A model generated the notes under the pieces. It was not told the origin of the DNA. It worked only from the letters and a program-made list of their open reading frames with translations, and made no database searches. Positions 1-10,243 of a DNA stretch of 64,000 bases are shown piece by piece (position 1 is the first letter of the stretch; each line of letters begins with the position of its first letter). Origin of the DNA: Dehalococcoidales bacterium (GTDB lineage: Bacteria > Chloroflexota > Dehalococcoidia > Dehalococcoidales > UBA2162). A program made the translations under genes and the position numbers. The stretch covers positions 45,617-109,616 of the forward strand of contig DAOULV010000003.1 of NCBI GenBank assembly GCA_034416335.1. Reading direction: 5' to 3'.

Positions 1-1246
1 TCAGCAGCACTTCTTCTATCTTCATACCTTTCATCCTGGTAATAACCAGCTTTACGTTCCTGAACCTCAGCTGTTCGCCCTGTTTCGGTATACGACCGAG
101 GAGACTCAGGAGAAGACCGGCGATAGTCTCATACTCTTCGCTTTCCGGCAACTCCAGCCCCATCTCTGCGTTTATCTCCTCTATGCGCATACCTCCGTCC
201 ACCTGAAAGGTATAGGAGTTAATTCTCTCGTATTCCTTCTCGGCTGCCGCAAGCTCGTCTCCCACGGGACCGACTATTTCCTCTACCAGACGGCTGAGAC
301 TGACGATACCGGCGGTCCCGCCGAACTCGTCTATTACAACCGCGACCCGGTAGTTATTATCTCTCATCTCGGCAAAAAGCTCGTTTATCAGTTTGGTCTC
401 CGGAGTAAAATATGCGGGTCGTACCAGGTCGTCGATTACCGATTCCCTGGTTATTTCACCCCTGGCCAGCCCCATCAGTATATCCTTGATGGACAGTATC
501 CCCACAACGTTGTCCATATTCTCCTGGAATACGGGGAAACGTGATATCGGTGATTCCGCATATAAAGCAAGAAAATCCGAGACATGGGAACCTTCCTCGA
601 TGGCTATTACCTCGGGACGGGGTATCAGCACCTCACGCACCGGCCTGTCTCCGAAATCGAAAACCTTTGCCAGCATCTTGGCCTCGTTTTCTTCAACCGT
701 CCCTTCCTTATGGCCGACGGAAATCATGTTACGTATTTCGTCGGCAGTGGCGAGCGACCTCGGGACCGCTTCGCCTCCGGACATCCTGGCAAGACCGGAA
801 GCTATCCAGCTTAATACAAACACGAACGGTGATAGAATCCAGGAGATAATTTCCAGGGGGCGTACGGCAAGCAGGGACATCCTCTCATTGTGATTAGCCG
901 CAACCGTTTTCGGAGTGGTCTCGGCGAATATCAGCAGAATTATGGTTATTGCAGCCGTGGCAATAAGTATCCCGTACTCGGGCCAGCGGTTAATCGCCAG
1001 CGCAGTTGCCAGAGCTGCAGCCGCCGTATTAACGAACGTGTTGCCTAGCAATACAGTGGAAAGAAACTTTTCGGGCCGCTCTATCATCCTGGCAACCCGT
1101 CCGGCTCCTCTAACCTTGGTACTTACCAGATGCTCGAGTCTGATTTTCTGCAGAGATATGAAAGCCGTTTCCGAGCTGGAGAAGAAAGCGGAAAAGATTA
1201 TACAGGCAATAAGAAGCACCAGATACAGTGCTTCGGTGCTAGACAA
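1..1246 (-). CDS. CNNM/HlyC/CorC-family transporter (DUF21 membrane domain + CBS pair + CorC_HlyC domain); C-terminus runs off the window
   Basis: My own minus-strand translation. It is absent from the ORF track because it has a TTG start at 1246..1244 (GGTGA upstream) and no stop inside the window. Motifs: FSAFFSSSETAF...LLGNTFVN...FAETTPK (DUF21); VREVLIPRPEV...ISRFPVF...VVGILSIKDIL (CBS); VVIDEFGGTAGIVSLSRLVEEIVG...YTFQVDGGMRIEEIN (CorC_HlyC). Confidence 0.85.
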   Translation of the reverse strand, partial: MSSTEALYLVLLIACIIFSAFFSSSETAFISLQKIRLEHLVSTKVRGAGRVARMIERPEKFLSTVLLGNTFVNTAAAALATALAINRWPEYGILIATAAITIILLIFAETTPKTVAANHNERMSLLAVRPLEIISWILSPFVFVLSWIASGLARMSGGEAVPRSLATADEIRNMISVGHKEGTVEENEAKMLAKVFDFGDRPVREVLIPRPEVIAIEEGSHVSDFLALYAESPISRFPVFQENMDNVVGILSIKDILMGLARGEITRESVIDDLVRPAYFTPETKLINELFAEMRDNNYRVAVVIDEFGGTAGIVSLSRLVEEIVGPVGDELAAAEKEYERINSYTFQVDGGMRIEEINAEMGLELPESEEYETIAGLLLSLLGRIPKQGEQLRFRNVKLVITRMKGMKIEEVLL

Positions 1247-1420
1247 ATACCATCACCTGCCTATCGAATTGTTCATTAGTACAAATAGTAATCCACATAA
1301 TATCATCGGGTGAAAATATTGTCAAAAACATTTTAATTAATCTGTCTGGACAAAATGTAAATATATAATCTAGAATACTGCTCTGAATATATAGCGAATA
1401 GAACAGTGAGGAGGTCGGTG

Positions 1421-1609
1421 ATGGCTATTATCAGTTCTATCGTCGGAATAATATTATTCGTCGGCGGCTGCGCGGGAGTAGTACTCACCTGGATAAACTA
1501 CCAGGTTTCTTCGATAAACTGGATAGAAGGTCTTTTAACCTACGGAATGTTTGCCGTTCTGGGTCTGGGGATTATCGCTATCGTAGTAATGACACCGCGC
1601 GAAATGTAG
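1421..1609 (+). CDS. small membrane protein (two predicted TM helices), unknown function
   Basis: ATG at 1421 lies 6 nt after GAGGAGG (1408..1414). The sequence is hydrophobic: MAIISSIVGIILFVGGCAGVVLTW...GLGIIAIVVM. Confidence 0.5.
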   Translation: MAIISSIVGIILFVGGCAGVVLTWINYQVSSINWIEGLLTYGMFAVLGLGIIAIVVMTPREM

Positions 1610-1623
1610 AGGAGTCATTAAGA

Positions 1624-2685
1624 CTATACCGGCGTCCAGTCTATCTGTTCCGTCACCCGCTCGCAGAAACCGGCCATCAGCTTAGCAGCATTTTCGACAT
1701 CATCAAGGTTTATAATCTCATTCGGCGTGTGCATATACCTCAGCGGTACCTCGATAAGTCCGGTAGCTATTCCGGCACGGCTCAATTGAATTACATTGGC
1801 GTCAGTCCCCGTAGCTCCGGGTGACGCCTGGATGTAATACGGGATTTCAAGTTCTTTTGCCGTTTTTACAAGAAGTTCAAAGACTACCGGGTTTATATTC
1901 GCACCTCGTGTTATCTTGGGCCCACCCCCGAGTTTGACATCTCCGACCTTCTTTTTTTCGCCTCCCGGGTAATCCGTCGCATGTCCGACATCCGTAGCTA
2001 TACCCACCTGCGGGTCGATACCATAAGCACTGGTACGCGCTCCCCGCAGACCGACCTCTTCCTGTACCGTAGAAACTCCTATTACCGAAGCTTTCAGCGA
2101 CTTTTCGGACAGCAGCCTTAAAGCTTCAGCCACGATGAATACTCCCATTTTGTCATCGAAGCTGCGGGCAACGCACAGATTTCCGCGTAAACGCTGTAGT
2201 TCGTGTTGGTATGTAACACAGTCGCCGATAGCCACCACCGATTCAGCGTCTGCTTTGTCGCTCGCACCGATATCTATCCAGAGGTCGTCGAGTTTGGGTG
2301 TTTTTTTCCTGTCGTCGGCATCCAGCAGGTGTATTGCGGTTCGTCCGAGAACGCCCGGAACCGGCCCGTTCGCAGTATGAACGGTGACGCGCTGTCCCAC
2401 GGTAACGACGGCGTCGTGACCGCCGATAGACCCGAAATATAACATGCCCTCTTCGCTTATGTACCGAACCTGGAACCCGATTTCATCGGCATGCCCTGCC
2501 AGCATAATCCTGGGAGCTCCGCCCGGGTTAACGGTCGCATATACATTACCCATCACGTCGGTGCGAACGTCCGACGCATAAGCAGCAACACGGTCGCGGA
2601 AAACCTTTTGAACCGGCTGTTCGTAACCGGAAGGACCCGGTGTGTCCACGAGTTTTTTCAGAAAATCGAAAGAATCTTGCTTCAT
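1624..2685 (-). CDS. M42 family metallopeptidase (FrvX/glutamyl aminopeptidase-like)
   Basis: 353-aa ORF. Motifs: LVDTPGPSGYE, MLAGHADEIGF, SFDDKMG, TVQEEVGLRGA, PLRYMHTP. Confidence 0.9.
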   Translation of the reverse strand: MKQDSFDFLKKLVDTPGPSGYEQPVQKVFRDRVAAYASDVRTDVMGNVYATVNPGGAPRIMLAGHADEIGFQVRYISEEGMLYFGSIGGHDAVVTVGQRVTVHTANGPVPGVLGRTAIHLLDADDRKKTPKLDDLWIDIGASDKADAESVVAIGDCVTYQHELQRLRGNLCVARSFDDKMGVFIVAEALRLLSEKSLKASVIGVSTVQEEVGLRGARTSAYGIDPQVGIATDVGHATDYPGGEKKKVGDVKLGGGPKITRGANINPVVFELLVKTAKELEIPYYIQASPGATGTDANVIQLSRAGIATGLIEVPLRYMHTPNEIINLDDVENAAKLMAGFCERVTEQIDWTPV

Positions 2686-2819
2686 AATAACTCCTTAAGA
2701 CGAAGTAAAAAATTGCTACCCACCATACTACCTGTAACGGGTAGACCCGTCAAGCAGACCGATTCGTCTCATCAGACATTTCACTTCGGCATAAACCGTC
2801 TGTGCTATAATTCGAGTGT

Positions 2820-3803
2820 ATGAAGGTATTCGGCATAGAAACTTCGTGTGACGAGACGGCGGCGGCGGTAGTCGAAGACGGGACAAAAATCCTCTCGAAT
2901 CGGGTATCCTCACAGGTGGAAATCCACGCCCGTTACGGCGGTATTGTCCCTGAAGTAGCTTCTCGTCAGCATATACTGGCCATAATACCGGTCATAGAGC
3001 AGGCAATGACCGAAGCCGGAACCAACTGGGATGACATCGACGGAATTGCGGTCACTGCCGGTCCCGGTCTTGCCGGGTCTCTGCTTATCGGCGTAAACAC
3101 GGCTAAGGCTATATCGATGTCAAGGAACATTCCTCTTACCGGAGTCAACCACCTTGAGGGACACATTTATGCAAACTGGATTTCACAGAACGACACTCCT
3201 CCCGAATTTCCGCTGCTTGCCCTGATAGTATCGGGCGGGCACAGCGACCTTGTGCTGATGAAGGCCCACGGCAGTTACGAACTGATCGGACGTACCCGTG
3301 ATGACGCCGCCGGAGAAGCCTTCGACAAAGCTGCCCGGATACTTGGTCTCGGGTACCCGGGAGGTCCGGCTATTCAGAAAGCTGCGGAATCTGGAACTGC
3401 TTCTTTAAGCCTTCCCCGCTCCTGGATTAAAGGTACCAATGATTTCAGTTTCAGCGGTATCAAGACCGCCCTGCTTCGTCTGGAAGAAAGTAACCGGATA
3501 GAAAACGTCTCGGATGCTGCGGCCAGTTTCCAGGAAGCCATCGCCGAGGTACTTGTTACCAAGACGATTAACGCGGCGGAAGAATACGGAGTAAAGCAGA
3601 TAATACTGGCGGGAGGAGTCGCCGCAAACAGGTCTTTACGGGAGCGGCTCCTGAAAGACTCGATACTTCCCGTTCTTATCCCCGATATCAGCCTGTGCAC
3701 CGACAATGCTGCAATGATAGCCGCCTGCGGGTATTTCCGCTTCGAAGCCGGCAAAGTCGACGGTCTGTCACTGGATGTCTCACCCGGCCTCAGGATTGCT
3801 TAA
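2820..3803 (+). CDS. tsaD: tRNA N6-adenosine threonylcarbamoyltransferase TsaD
   Basis: [57 protein letters not shown]: the canonical Kae1/TsaD motif order. Confidence 0.95.
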   Translation: MKVFGIETSCDETAAAVVEDGTKILSNRVSSQVEIHARYGGIVPEVASRQHILAIIPVIEQAMTEAGTNWDDIDGIAVTAGPGLAGSLLIGVNTAKAISMSRNIPLTGVNHLEGHIYANWISQNDTPPEFPLLALIVSGGHSDLVLMKAHGSYELIGRTRDDAAGEAFDKAARILGLGYPGGPAIQKAAESGTASLSLPRSWIKGTNDFSFSGIKTALLRLEESNRIENVSDAAASFQEAIAEVLVTKTINAAEEYGVKQIILAGGVAANRSLRERLLKDSILPVLIPDISLCTDNAAMIAACGYFRFEAGKVDGLSLDVSPGLRIA

Positions 3804-5120
3804 TTCACAATCCTCACACCTGCCCCTGGTACAAAGGCTGTTATATATGTGTATCAGCCCCTGTTGTCTCCTAACCGTATTGACTGTGGTCTTTTCTAGA
3901 CCGAGTTGCCCGGCCATGTGCTTTACTAGCGAGTTTGTTTCCAGGCGCGGATAATCGCGGAATAACTTCAACGCTTTTTCAGACATCTGTGATATTTCAT
4001 TAAAAACGCCACAGGCAAAGACAAAAGGCAGTAGTATATTCACTGTGATTTCTTCGGCGCGGCTTTTACCGAGGAGAGTTCCCCGGATATCTCCCAGGGT
4101 AACGATAAAACCCTTTTCAGGTTCACCGTGTCCTGCCGTTTCGGGAGCGGAATCCGCCAGATCCAGCAGACGCTCCAGCAGTCCTCTGTTCCGGTACCTG
4201 AGCAGGAGATAGCTCATTGCCATCAGCCTGCGTACCGGAGAATTGCACGGTCTTATTCTGAATAAACGCCATCTTTTCGAGGGCATAATATCCTCCGGGT
4301 TTATGCATTTTGCAGCCTTAACCAGCTTTTCTACCGTTATATTATCCAGACCGGCAGCATAGAGTCTTCCCGTATTATTTTCGGTCAAAAAACCGGCTGT
4401 ACCGAGGAGAAGCGTCTGTATACCGAAAAGATATTCCTCGTCCGGTATTTCGCAGTCCTTCTTCATCTCCAGCAATTCCAGCGGCAATACCCCTGCCAGT
4501 TCCAGAAACGCATCTTTATTTCCCGAGTATCCCAGTGCCACCATAATCCCGCGGTAAAGAGTCGCACCGGCACCGGATTCGATAATTTCTTCATAAAACC
4601 TAGTTGATTTTTCCAGGAACCTTTCTTCTCCCGCCCTGTCCAGCAACTCGCCGACGTATTCTTCAGTTATATATTTGGTGATGTGCCGGCAGGGCACGCC
4701 CCGCCTGTCACTGATATTAGGCTGCATCGGCAGACTATTCTGAACGATACCAGGATGTTTACCGAGGACGAGTATGGGAATCTTACTGCCGTTCTGAAGA
4801 ACGGTACCTGTTTTTGTATTATGATGCATCACGACATGCAGAACGACCCGATTATAGACAGAATCCAGATGATGATGGTGCGCCCTCCAGTCTCCGGACC
4901 TTAGATGAAACTCCACGTCGCCGGATGACAGCTTTCCATCGGTAACGATAACGGCATCTCTGAAATCGGCACCCTGACCGTCGTTCGGTCTTCCCGGATA
5001 GACAATGTTAATTATCTCCCCGTTTTCAGCCACGAGGTCACGTCCCACGATCTCATTAAGCTGCCAGATTTCCCTGAACTGCCTTTCGGTTATTGTGTGA
5101 CTCGTTTTTCCTGCTGCCAT
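3780..5120 (-). CDS. DUF2851-like conserved hypothetical protein
   Basis: 446-aa ORF. The N-terminus (ERQFREIWQ...[16 protein letters not shown]...[18 protein letters not shown]) matches my recollection of DUF2851. It ends at a TGA and overlaps the tsaD 3' end convergently by 24 nt. Confidence 0.7.
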   Translation of the reverse strand: MAAGKTSHTITERQFREIWQLNEIVGRDLVAENGEIINIVYPGRPNDGQGADFRDAVIVTDGKLSSGDVEFHLRSGDWRAHHHHLDSVYNRVVLHVVMHHNTKTGTVLQNGSKIPILVLGKHPGIVQNSLPMQPNISDRRGVPCRHITKYITEEYVGELLDRAGEERFLEKSTRFYEEIIESGAGATLYRGIMVALGYSGNKDAFLELAGVLPLELLEMKKDCEIPDEEYLFGIQTLLLGTAGFLTENNTGRLYAAGLDNITVEKLVKAAKCINPEDIMPSKRWRLFRIRPCNSPVRRLMAMSYLLLRYRNRGLLERLLDLADSAPETAGHGEPEKGFIVTLGDIRGTLLGKSRAEEITVNILLPFVFACGVFNEISQMSEKALKLFRDYPRLETNSLVKHMAGQLGLEKTTVNTVRRQQGLIHIYNSLCTRGRCEDCELSNPEAG

Positions 5121-5185
5121 AACCGTTCGCCATTACACCGTTATCGAATTATTTATTCATATTTGCTTATTCAATAACCGGATTT

Positions 5186-5202
5186 TACACGTTTCCGTGT
5201 AA
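5186..5202. promoter_or_regulatory. 17-bp palindromic box TACACGTTTCCGTGTAA (candidate operator, copy 1)
   Basis: Inverted half-sites TACAC/GTGTA. It lies just downstream of the XRE gene 5247..5492, and a near-identical copy is at 5503..5519. Confidence 0.45.
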
Positions 5203-5246
5203 CAGGTACAATAAAAACTGTATTAATATTCATAATAAGAATGAAA

Positions 5247-5492
5247 TCAGGAAGTACTTTTTTCGGGCGAGCCGGTATTATATTTGTACCCGGACTGGTC
5301 CGCAACGATGGAAAGTAGTGTAGAAGAAGCTCCGCGCGGCCGGTATAAACCGAGTTCCCACTCACTTATCGTTTGCTGACGTGTACCCAGCCTGTCCGCC
5401 ATTTCACGCTGTGTAAGGCCGAGATGTTTCCTTAACGCTTTGACATCGGCCCCGTCCCACTTCTTACGCCCGGCATTATACCTTTTTACCAT
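5247..5492 (-). CDS. XRE-family helix-turn-helix transcriptional regulator
   Basis: LRKHLGLTQREMADRLGTRQQTISEWELG is a classic XRE HTH. I prefer the ATG at 5492 because the GTG at 5507 given in the track lies inside the palindromic box. Confidence 0.65.
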   Translation of the reverse strand: MVKRYNAGRKKWDGADVKALRKHLGLTQREMADRLGTRQQTISEWELGLYRPRGASSTLLSIVADQSGYKYNTGSPEKSTS

Positions 5493-5502
5493 ATCCGGAT
5501 GA

Positions 5503-5519
5503 TACACGTTTCAGTGTAA
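5503..5519. promoter_or_regulatory. 17-bp palindromic box TACACGTTTCAGTGTAA (candidate operator, copy 2)
   Basis: Matches the 5186..5202 box at 16 of 17 positions. It sits 11 nt upstream of the XRE gene ATG, in the divergent region shared with 5633..7522. Confidence 0.45.
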
Positions 5520-5632
5520 AGTGTCAACTGCAAATCATCATTTCTCATTATTGACATATAGAATTGTCTGGCTTTATCATTATGAGTAAGATTCATGTCA
5601 ACCGCTGTGGAGGAGAAGCAGCAGGCAGGTGA

Positions 5633-7522
5633 ATGAAACACCTTAGAACATATATCGCTTTTTTAACCGCGGTTATATTGATTGTTGCGGTTGTTCCTGC
5701 GCCGTTACCGGCAAATGCCGCCGGTGAAAGTATCAACCTCGAAGTAAACGTCGGTTCCATAGGTCAGGAGATCACCATAACCGGGAGTGGTTTCGACCCC
5801 GGAACCCCTGCAACCCGTTCGGTAAACGTAATCTTCAGCACTACCCAGCCGTCTGTTATCGATTACAGTAACGGCATTTACGAGATAGTCAGGACTCAGA
5901 TACTTAATACAAACGGGACTTTTTCTACAACCTTCACGGTCCCGGAGTACCTTGATGACGGCTCCTTTCATGCTGTCGACCAGGGAACCTACTACATCCT
6001 GATAACCTATCATATCCCTCCGTCAACCAACTTGCAGACTGTACTGACCATAGCTTCATTTAACGTTCTGGCAGGGTCCATAACGGTAACTCCGGAAACC
6101 GGGCCGGCCGGCACCGAGGTGACGATAACCGGTTATGATTTCGGTAATGCAGAGGAACTCATCATCTTTTACGATTCCGAAATGTTAACCATATTCGAGG
6201 GCGACCGGTACACGAATGCGGGCGGTATGTTTGCCAACACCAGGATTTTCATCCCTTCCAGCACCGCCGGAGTCCACGCTCTGACAGTAAAAGGAAGTAC
6301 CTCAGGCCACCAGGCCGGAAGGACATTCACCGTAGAACCGGCATTGGTAATAAAACCTTCTCCGGGTGCCGCCAGCAGTACCATAACGGTCAGTGGAACA
6401 GGCTTCGGCGCCGGAGTAAATATCGATGTGACTTTCAATAACATTTCTATATACTCCGGGACCACGGAATACAACGGCAGCTTTGTTTCCAGTCTTCCGC
6501 CTAACACTTTCCCGGAAGGTACCTACCTGGTAAATGCACTTGACAGCCAGGGTAATGCGGACCAGATATCATATGAAATATTCGATGCCAGCATTACCAT
6601 GGAGCCTTCCACAGGCAGTCCCGGCTGGGAAGTCAACATATCCGGTGCCGGATTCAAACCCGACGAGACAATCACAATAGGTTTTGAAGGCTTGAGCAGC
6701 GGAAGCGATATCTCTACTCGAAGCGATAATGAAGGTAATTTCAGCACTGTATTTACCGTCCCCTGGGGTAACATGGGAACATGGGAAGTTGATGTCTCGG
6801 ACGGAAACAGCAGCAAGACCGTTGAATTTGAGGTAAATACCAGCGGAAACATATACCCCATTACCAATACCTCCCTCCCCGGTAATGTAGGCACAGAAAT
6901 TACTGTCGCCGGAACTCAGTTTATTGCCGGCAGAACCGTCAGCATAACCTACAGCGGCACTCAGGTGGCAACGGGAACCGTCGAAAGCGACGGGACGTTC
7001 AACATCGGATTCGTCGCTCCGTCGAGCAGCAGCGGTGCTCATATAATCGAAGCAACCGACGGAACCAACGTAATCAAATACGGTTTTGTTATGGAGAGTT
7101 CTCCGCCGCCGAAACCGTTGACCCTTCTTCCCGAACCTGCTACAAAGGCTGATGCCGAAGCATTCTTCGACTGGGAAGATACTGCCGATCCCAGTGGAGT
7201 GACTTACACTCTGCAGATTGCAACCGACCCTTCCTTCTCCGAGACATATCTCATACTTGAAGAAAAAGGGATAATCGAGTCTGAATACACCGTGCCAAGT
7301 CAGAACAAACTCAATGCAGTTACTGTTGAAGCTCCTTATTACTGGAGAGTAAGAGCTGTCGACAATGCTTTCAATGAGGGCGAATGGACGGAACCCTCCG
7401 CATTCTATGTGGGATTCGGTATGAATCTACCGCAGAGCGTTATTTACATTATTATAGTCGGATTTGCCCTGCTGCTGGCTGTATTTACATTCTGGCTCGG
7501 CAGGAAAACAGCTTATTACTAG
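5633..7522 (+). CDS. cell-surface protein with about 5 tandem IPT/TIG-like Ig-fold repeats, an FN3-like module and a C-terminal TM anchor
   Basis: N-terminal signal/TM sequence. Recurring repeat signature: ITITGSGFDPG, VTITGYDFGN, ITVSGTGFGAG, VNISGAGFKPD, ITVAGTQFIAG. Then YYWRVRAVDNAFNEGEW and a terminal hydrophobic helix IYIIIVGFALLLAVFTFWLG. Confidence 0.75.
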   Translation: MKHLRTYIAFLTAVILIVAVVPAPLPANAAGESINLEVNVGSIGQEITITGSGFDPGTPATRSVNVIFSTTQPSVIDYSNGIYEIVRTQILNTNGTFSTTFTVPEYLDDGSFHAVDQGTYYILITYHIPPSTNLQTVLTIASFNVLAGSITVTPETGPAGTEVTITGYDFGNAEELIIFYDSEMLTIFEGDRYTNAGGMFANTRIFIPSSTAGVHALTVKGSTSGHQAGRTFTVEPALVIKPSPGAASSTITVSGTGFGAGVNIDVTFNNISIYSGTTEYNGSFVSSLPPNTFPEGTYLVNALDSQGNADQISYEIFDASITMEPSTGSPGWEVNISGAGFKPDETITIGFEGLSSGSDISTRSDNEGNFSTVFTVPWGNMGTWEVDVSDGNSSKTVEFEVNTSGNIYPITNTSLPGNVGTEITVAGTQFIAGRTVSITYSGTQVATGTVESDGTFNIGFVAPSSSSGAHIIEATDGTNVIKYGFVMESSPPPKPLTLLPEPATKADAEAFFDWEDTADPSGVTYTLQIATDPSFSETYLILEEKGIIESEYTVPSQNKLNAVTVEAPYYWRVRAVDNAFNEGEWTEPSAFYVGFGMNLPQSVIYIIIVGFALLLAVFTFWLGRKTAYY

Positions 7523-8784
7523 GTACTGGCATCCAGTATCCGGAGTACCCGTGTCCTGGCTTTGATGGCATCAAGCTTATCCACTTTCTCTACGGCTGCC
7601 TGAACGTCGGCTTCCCTGGCTAGATATGTGGTCATCACCACCGGCACGTAATCCTTCTGAGAAGTTTCTTTCTGAATAACCGCCGCGATATTTATGTCAT
7701 ATTTCCAGAATATATCGGTAATCTGTGCCAGGACGCCGGGCTGGTCCAGGACGTTGAACCGCAGGTAATACCGGCGCTGGACGTCTCCGGGTGAACCCAG
7801 TATATATTCATGCGCCGTGGAAGGTATCGGCAGAGGTCTTCCCTCAGCTATATCAAGTAAATCTTTTATCACCGTATCGGCGGTAGGATATTTACCGGCC
7901 CCGGGATTCACCAGCCCGGACACAACGCCGTATTCATCTTCGAATTCCGTACCGTTATAGGCTCCCTGCAGTGAACCGAGCAGGGACATTTTGGGTACCA
8001 GCGCCGGGTGTACCGCGACATCGTAGGCACTGCCGGTATGTTCGATTACACCGATAAGCTTGACCGAATAACCCAGTTCATCGGCATAAAGGATATCCTG
8101 TATGTCGATAGCCTTTATGCCCTCGACGGGAAAATCTCCGGCATATTTATATGAATTGGTGATTAAACCGAGCAGGATGCGGATTTTGTTTTCCGTATCA
8201 TAACCTTCGATATCGTCCGTCGGATCGGCTTCCGCCAGGCCTTCTTCCTGAGCACCTTTCAGAGCTTCGTCAAAGCCTTTCCCCTCTCCGGTCATCTTCG
8301 AGAGGATGTAATTACAGGTACCGTTCAGAATGGCGTATATCCTCTTGTATTCCTTGGATTCCGAACCTACCAGTCCCAGTTCGTGTATAAACGAATGGGC
8401 GCCGACAAAGCTTGCCCTGATTCCTATATTTCGGTTAAGGTCGAGTACATGCTTGAATATCGTCTCACCTTCTTTTGCCAGCAGTTTCTTATTGGCAGTA
8501 GCCACGTTCTTACCCTTGCCCAGAGCTTCCATCTGGATGGTCTTCGCCGGCTCTATGCCACCTATCAGTTCGACGACTATATCGATAGCGGGGTCATCAA
8601 CAATCTCGTGCCAGTTGTTTGTCAGCATACCGGACGGCAGAGTGATCCCGCGGTCTGTTTCCAGGTCGATATCACACACTTTTGTCAGTTCCAGACCGGG
8701 TATTCTTTTCCTGTACAGTAACTCGACCACGCCTGTGCCTATGGTACCCCAGCCGATAACCGCTACCTTCTTCGTCTCTGCCAT
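7519..8784 (-). CDS. hom: homoserine dehydrogenase with C-terminal ACT domain
   Basis: VAVIGWGTIGTGV (NAD-binding), NKKLLA, GTCNYIL, EADPTDDIEGYD, and a C-terminal YYLRFNVLDQPGVLAQIT ACT motif. Confidence 0.9.
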   Translation of the reverse strand: MAETKKVAVIGWGTIGTGVVELLYRKRIPGLELTKVCDIDLETDRGITLPSGMLTNNWHEIVDDPAIDIVVELIGGIEPAKTIQMEALGKGKNVATANKKLLAKEGETIFKHVLDLNRNIGIRASFVGAHSFIHELGLVGSESKEYKRIYAILNGTCNYILSKMTGEGKGFDEALKGAQEEGLAEADPTDDIEGYDTENKIRILLGLITNSYKYAGDFPVEGIKAIDIQDILYADELGYSVKLIGVIEHTGSAYDVAVHPALVPKMSLLGSLQGAYNGTEFEDEYGVVSGLVNPGAGKYPTADTVIKDLLDIAEGRPLPIPSTAHEYILGSPGDVQRRYYLRFNVLDQPGVLAQITDIFWKYDINIAAVIQKETSQKDYVPVVMTTYLAREADVQAAVEKVDKLDAIKARTRVLRILDAST

Positions 8785-8845
8785 AACGAGTACTCCTTGT
8801 ATTAAGATTTATGCAGCCTAATATTATCGTACAGGCAGGTGAGTG

Positions 8846-10243
8846 TCAATCATTCCTCCCCCTCGCTTCCCTTGGACTGTACCCTTCGGTAGCTTCAACA
8901 AGAAGTGCCAGACTCATCAGAAAATCATCATGCCCCTGCGACGGTTCGACATAGAAGTTCATCGTCTGGTTGGAGCGGTAACGGCTTCTGGCTTTTTCGA
9001 TTTCCGTCCAGAACTGCCGGTAATCGTACGAACCGTCCCCGGCATACATCTTCAGCCTGCCCGAGTTAATAGCGGCCAACAGCTTGAAACCGAGTTCCGA
9101 CTTCGAATTTGCGGTAAAATTGAAAGGGATTATCCTCGAACCGAGCGCCTGCCTTAGAAAAGAGTATACCGGCTGCCCCACACCCGTAGAATCAATCACA
9201 ACTCTTCGGCATTTCCATACGTTCCTGATTATGTCAACAAGTTGATTGTACAAAACGGCATGCTTTTTGCCCGTCCAGCGGAAATGTTCCTTAATTCTTA
9301 CTACCGGCTGTTTCTGAACATCGTTACATTGTGAAAAATCCAGTTCACCGATAGTTATCACGGTCGAGTCCTGCCGTGGCTTTATCGTTGTCAGTCTGTC
9401 TTTATCATCTTCCTCGGCTTCACCTGCAAGGTCTATCCCGGCGACGTACATTTTCTCTCCTTCCGGCAAATGACTCCTCGTGTGGTCTCCCTGAAGCTGG
9501 GCTTTTTGCTGGGCAGACAGGAATCCTCCTCCTCCACGAATCGGTAACAGCCGGTACTGGGTCAGGAACAGTGGATGGTTTTCACCAAGACGCGCCCTTT
9601 CACCCTCGACATAAGCCAGGTAGTCGGAGTTATATCTGGCAACTTCCTGCCAGTCGTAGCGGAAACAGCGTTTGATTCCATCGCTCTTTTCAAGCTCATA
9701 CCCGGTCTGTTTTGTTTGTTCCAGCAGCGTAGTATCATCCCAGGTAGTCCCGTACAGAACCGTCGTTGTGTTGGTAGTCGCACCCATTGGTTTGAATTCT
9801 TTGGTATATTTCTCGGTACTTACGTCCTGAGATTCGTCAACCTCGAGAAGAATGTCGGCAGTATGACCGACGACATTGGCCGACTTATCGGCGGAAAGGA
9901 ATATAGCCCGTGCGTATCCCAGTCTGACTATATAATTCCGTTCCGATGTCCAGATACCTTCGAACCCGGCATCGTTCAGTCGGTCCTCAAGCCTGATTAT
10001 GGATACGCCTGCCTGAGGTGTGAAAGTAGGCGAACACTTTACCAGGTTACGTGATTCAGCCATAAACAACGTTAACAGAAGAAGCTCGATCTGTGCCGAT
10101 AGTTCATTCTTTCCGCCCTGGCGTGCGATCTCGACACAAAAGGTTAATCCCTTTCTGTACATCACGCTGTCAATGATTGCCGCCGCCACTTCTCTCTGGT
10201 ACGGGCGTAACCCGGGCAAATGTGATTCAACTTTTTTACTCAT
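8846..10243 (-). CDS. phage terminase large subunit-like protein (ATPase + RNase H-like nuclease)
   Basis: Walker A-like ARQGGKNE, Walker B-like ILLEVDESQ and the nuclease motif YVAGIDLAGE...VITIGE. The gene ends at a TGA. Confidence 0.7.
   Translation of the reverse strand: MSKKVESHLPGLRPYQREVAAAIIDSVMYRKGLTFCVEIARQGGKNELSAQIELLLLTLFMAESRNLVKCSPTFTPQAGVSIIRLEDRLNDAGFEGIWTSERNYIVRLGYARAIFLSADKSANVVGHTADILLEVDESQDVSTEKYTKEFKPMGATTNTTTVLYGTTWDDTTLLEQTKQTGYELEKSDGIKRCFRYDWQEVARYNSDYLAYVEGERARLGENHPLFLTQYRLLPIRGGGGFLSAQQKAQLQGDHTRSHLPEGEKMYVAGIDLAGEAEEDDKDRLTTIKPRQDSTVITIGELDFSQCNDVQKQPVVRIKEHFRWTGKKHAVLYNQLVDIIRNVWKCRRVVIDSTGVGQPVYSFLRQALGSRIIPFNFTANSKSELGFKLLAAINSGRLKMYAGDGSYDYRQFWTEIEKARSRYRSNQTMNFYVEPSQGHDDFLMSLALLVEATEGYSPREARGRND

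Noticed and set aside
393-1313. Several plus-strand ORFs (166, 132, 102 and 76 aa) at the left edge of the window
   Set aside because: They are antisense shadows of a well-supported minus-strand CorC/CNNM transporter gene (DUF21-CBS-CorC motifs). The track missed that gene because it starts with TTG and lacks a stop inside the window.
7519-7522. Convergent genes (surface protein and hom) share the tetranucleotide CTAG as overlapping stop codons
   Set aside because: It is a real feature but trivial. Compact convergent ends are common and no regulatory structure is evident.
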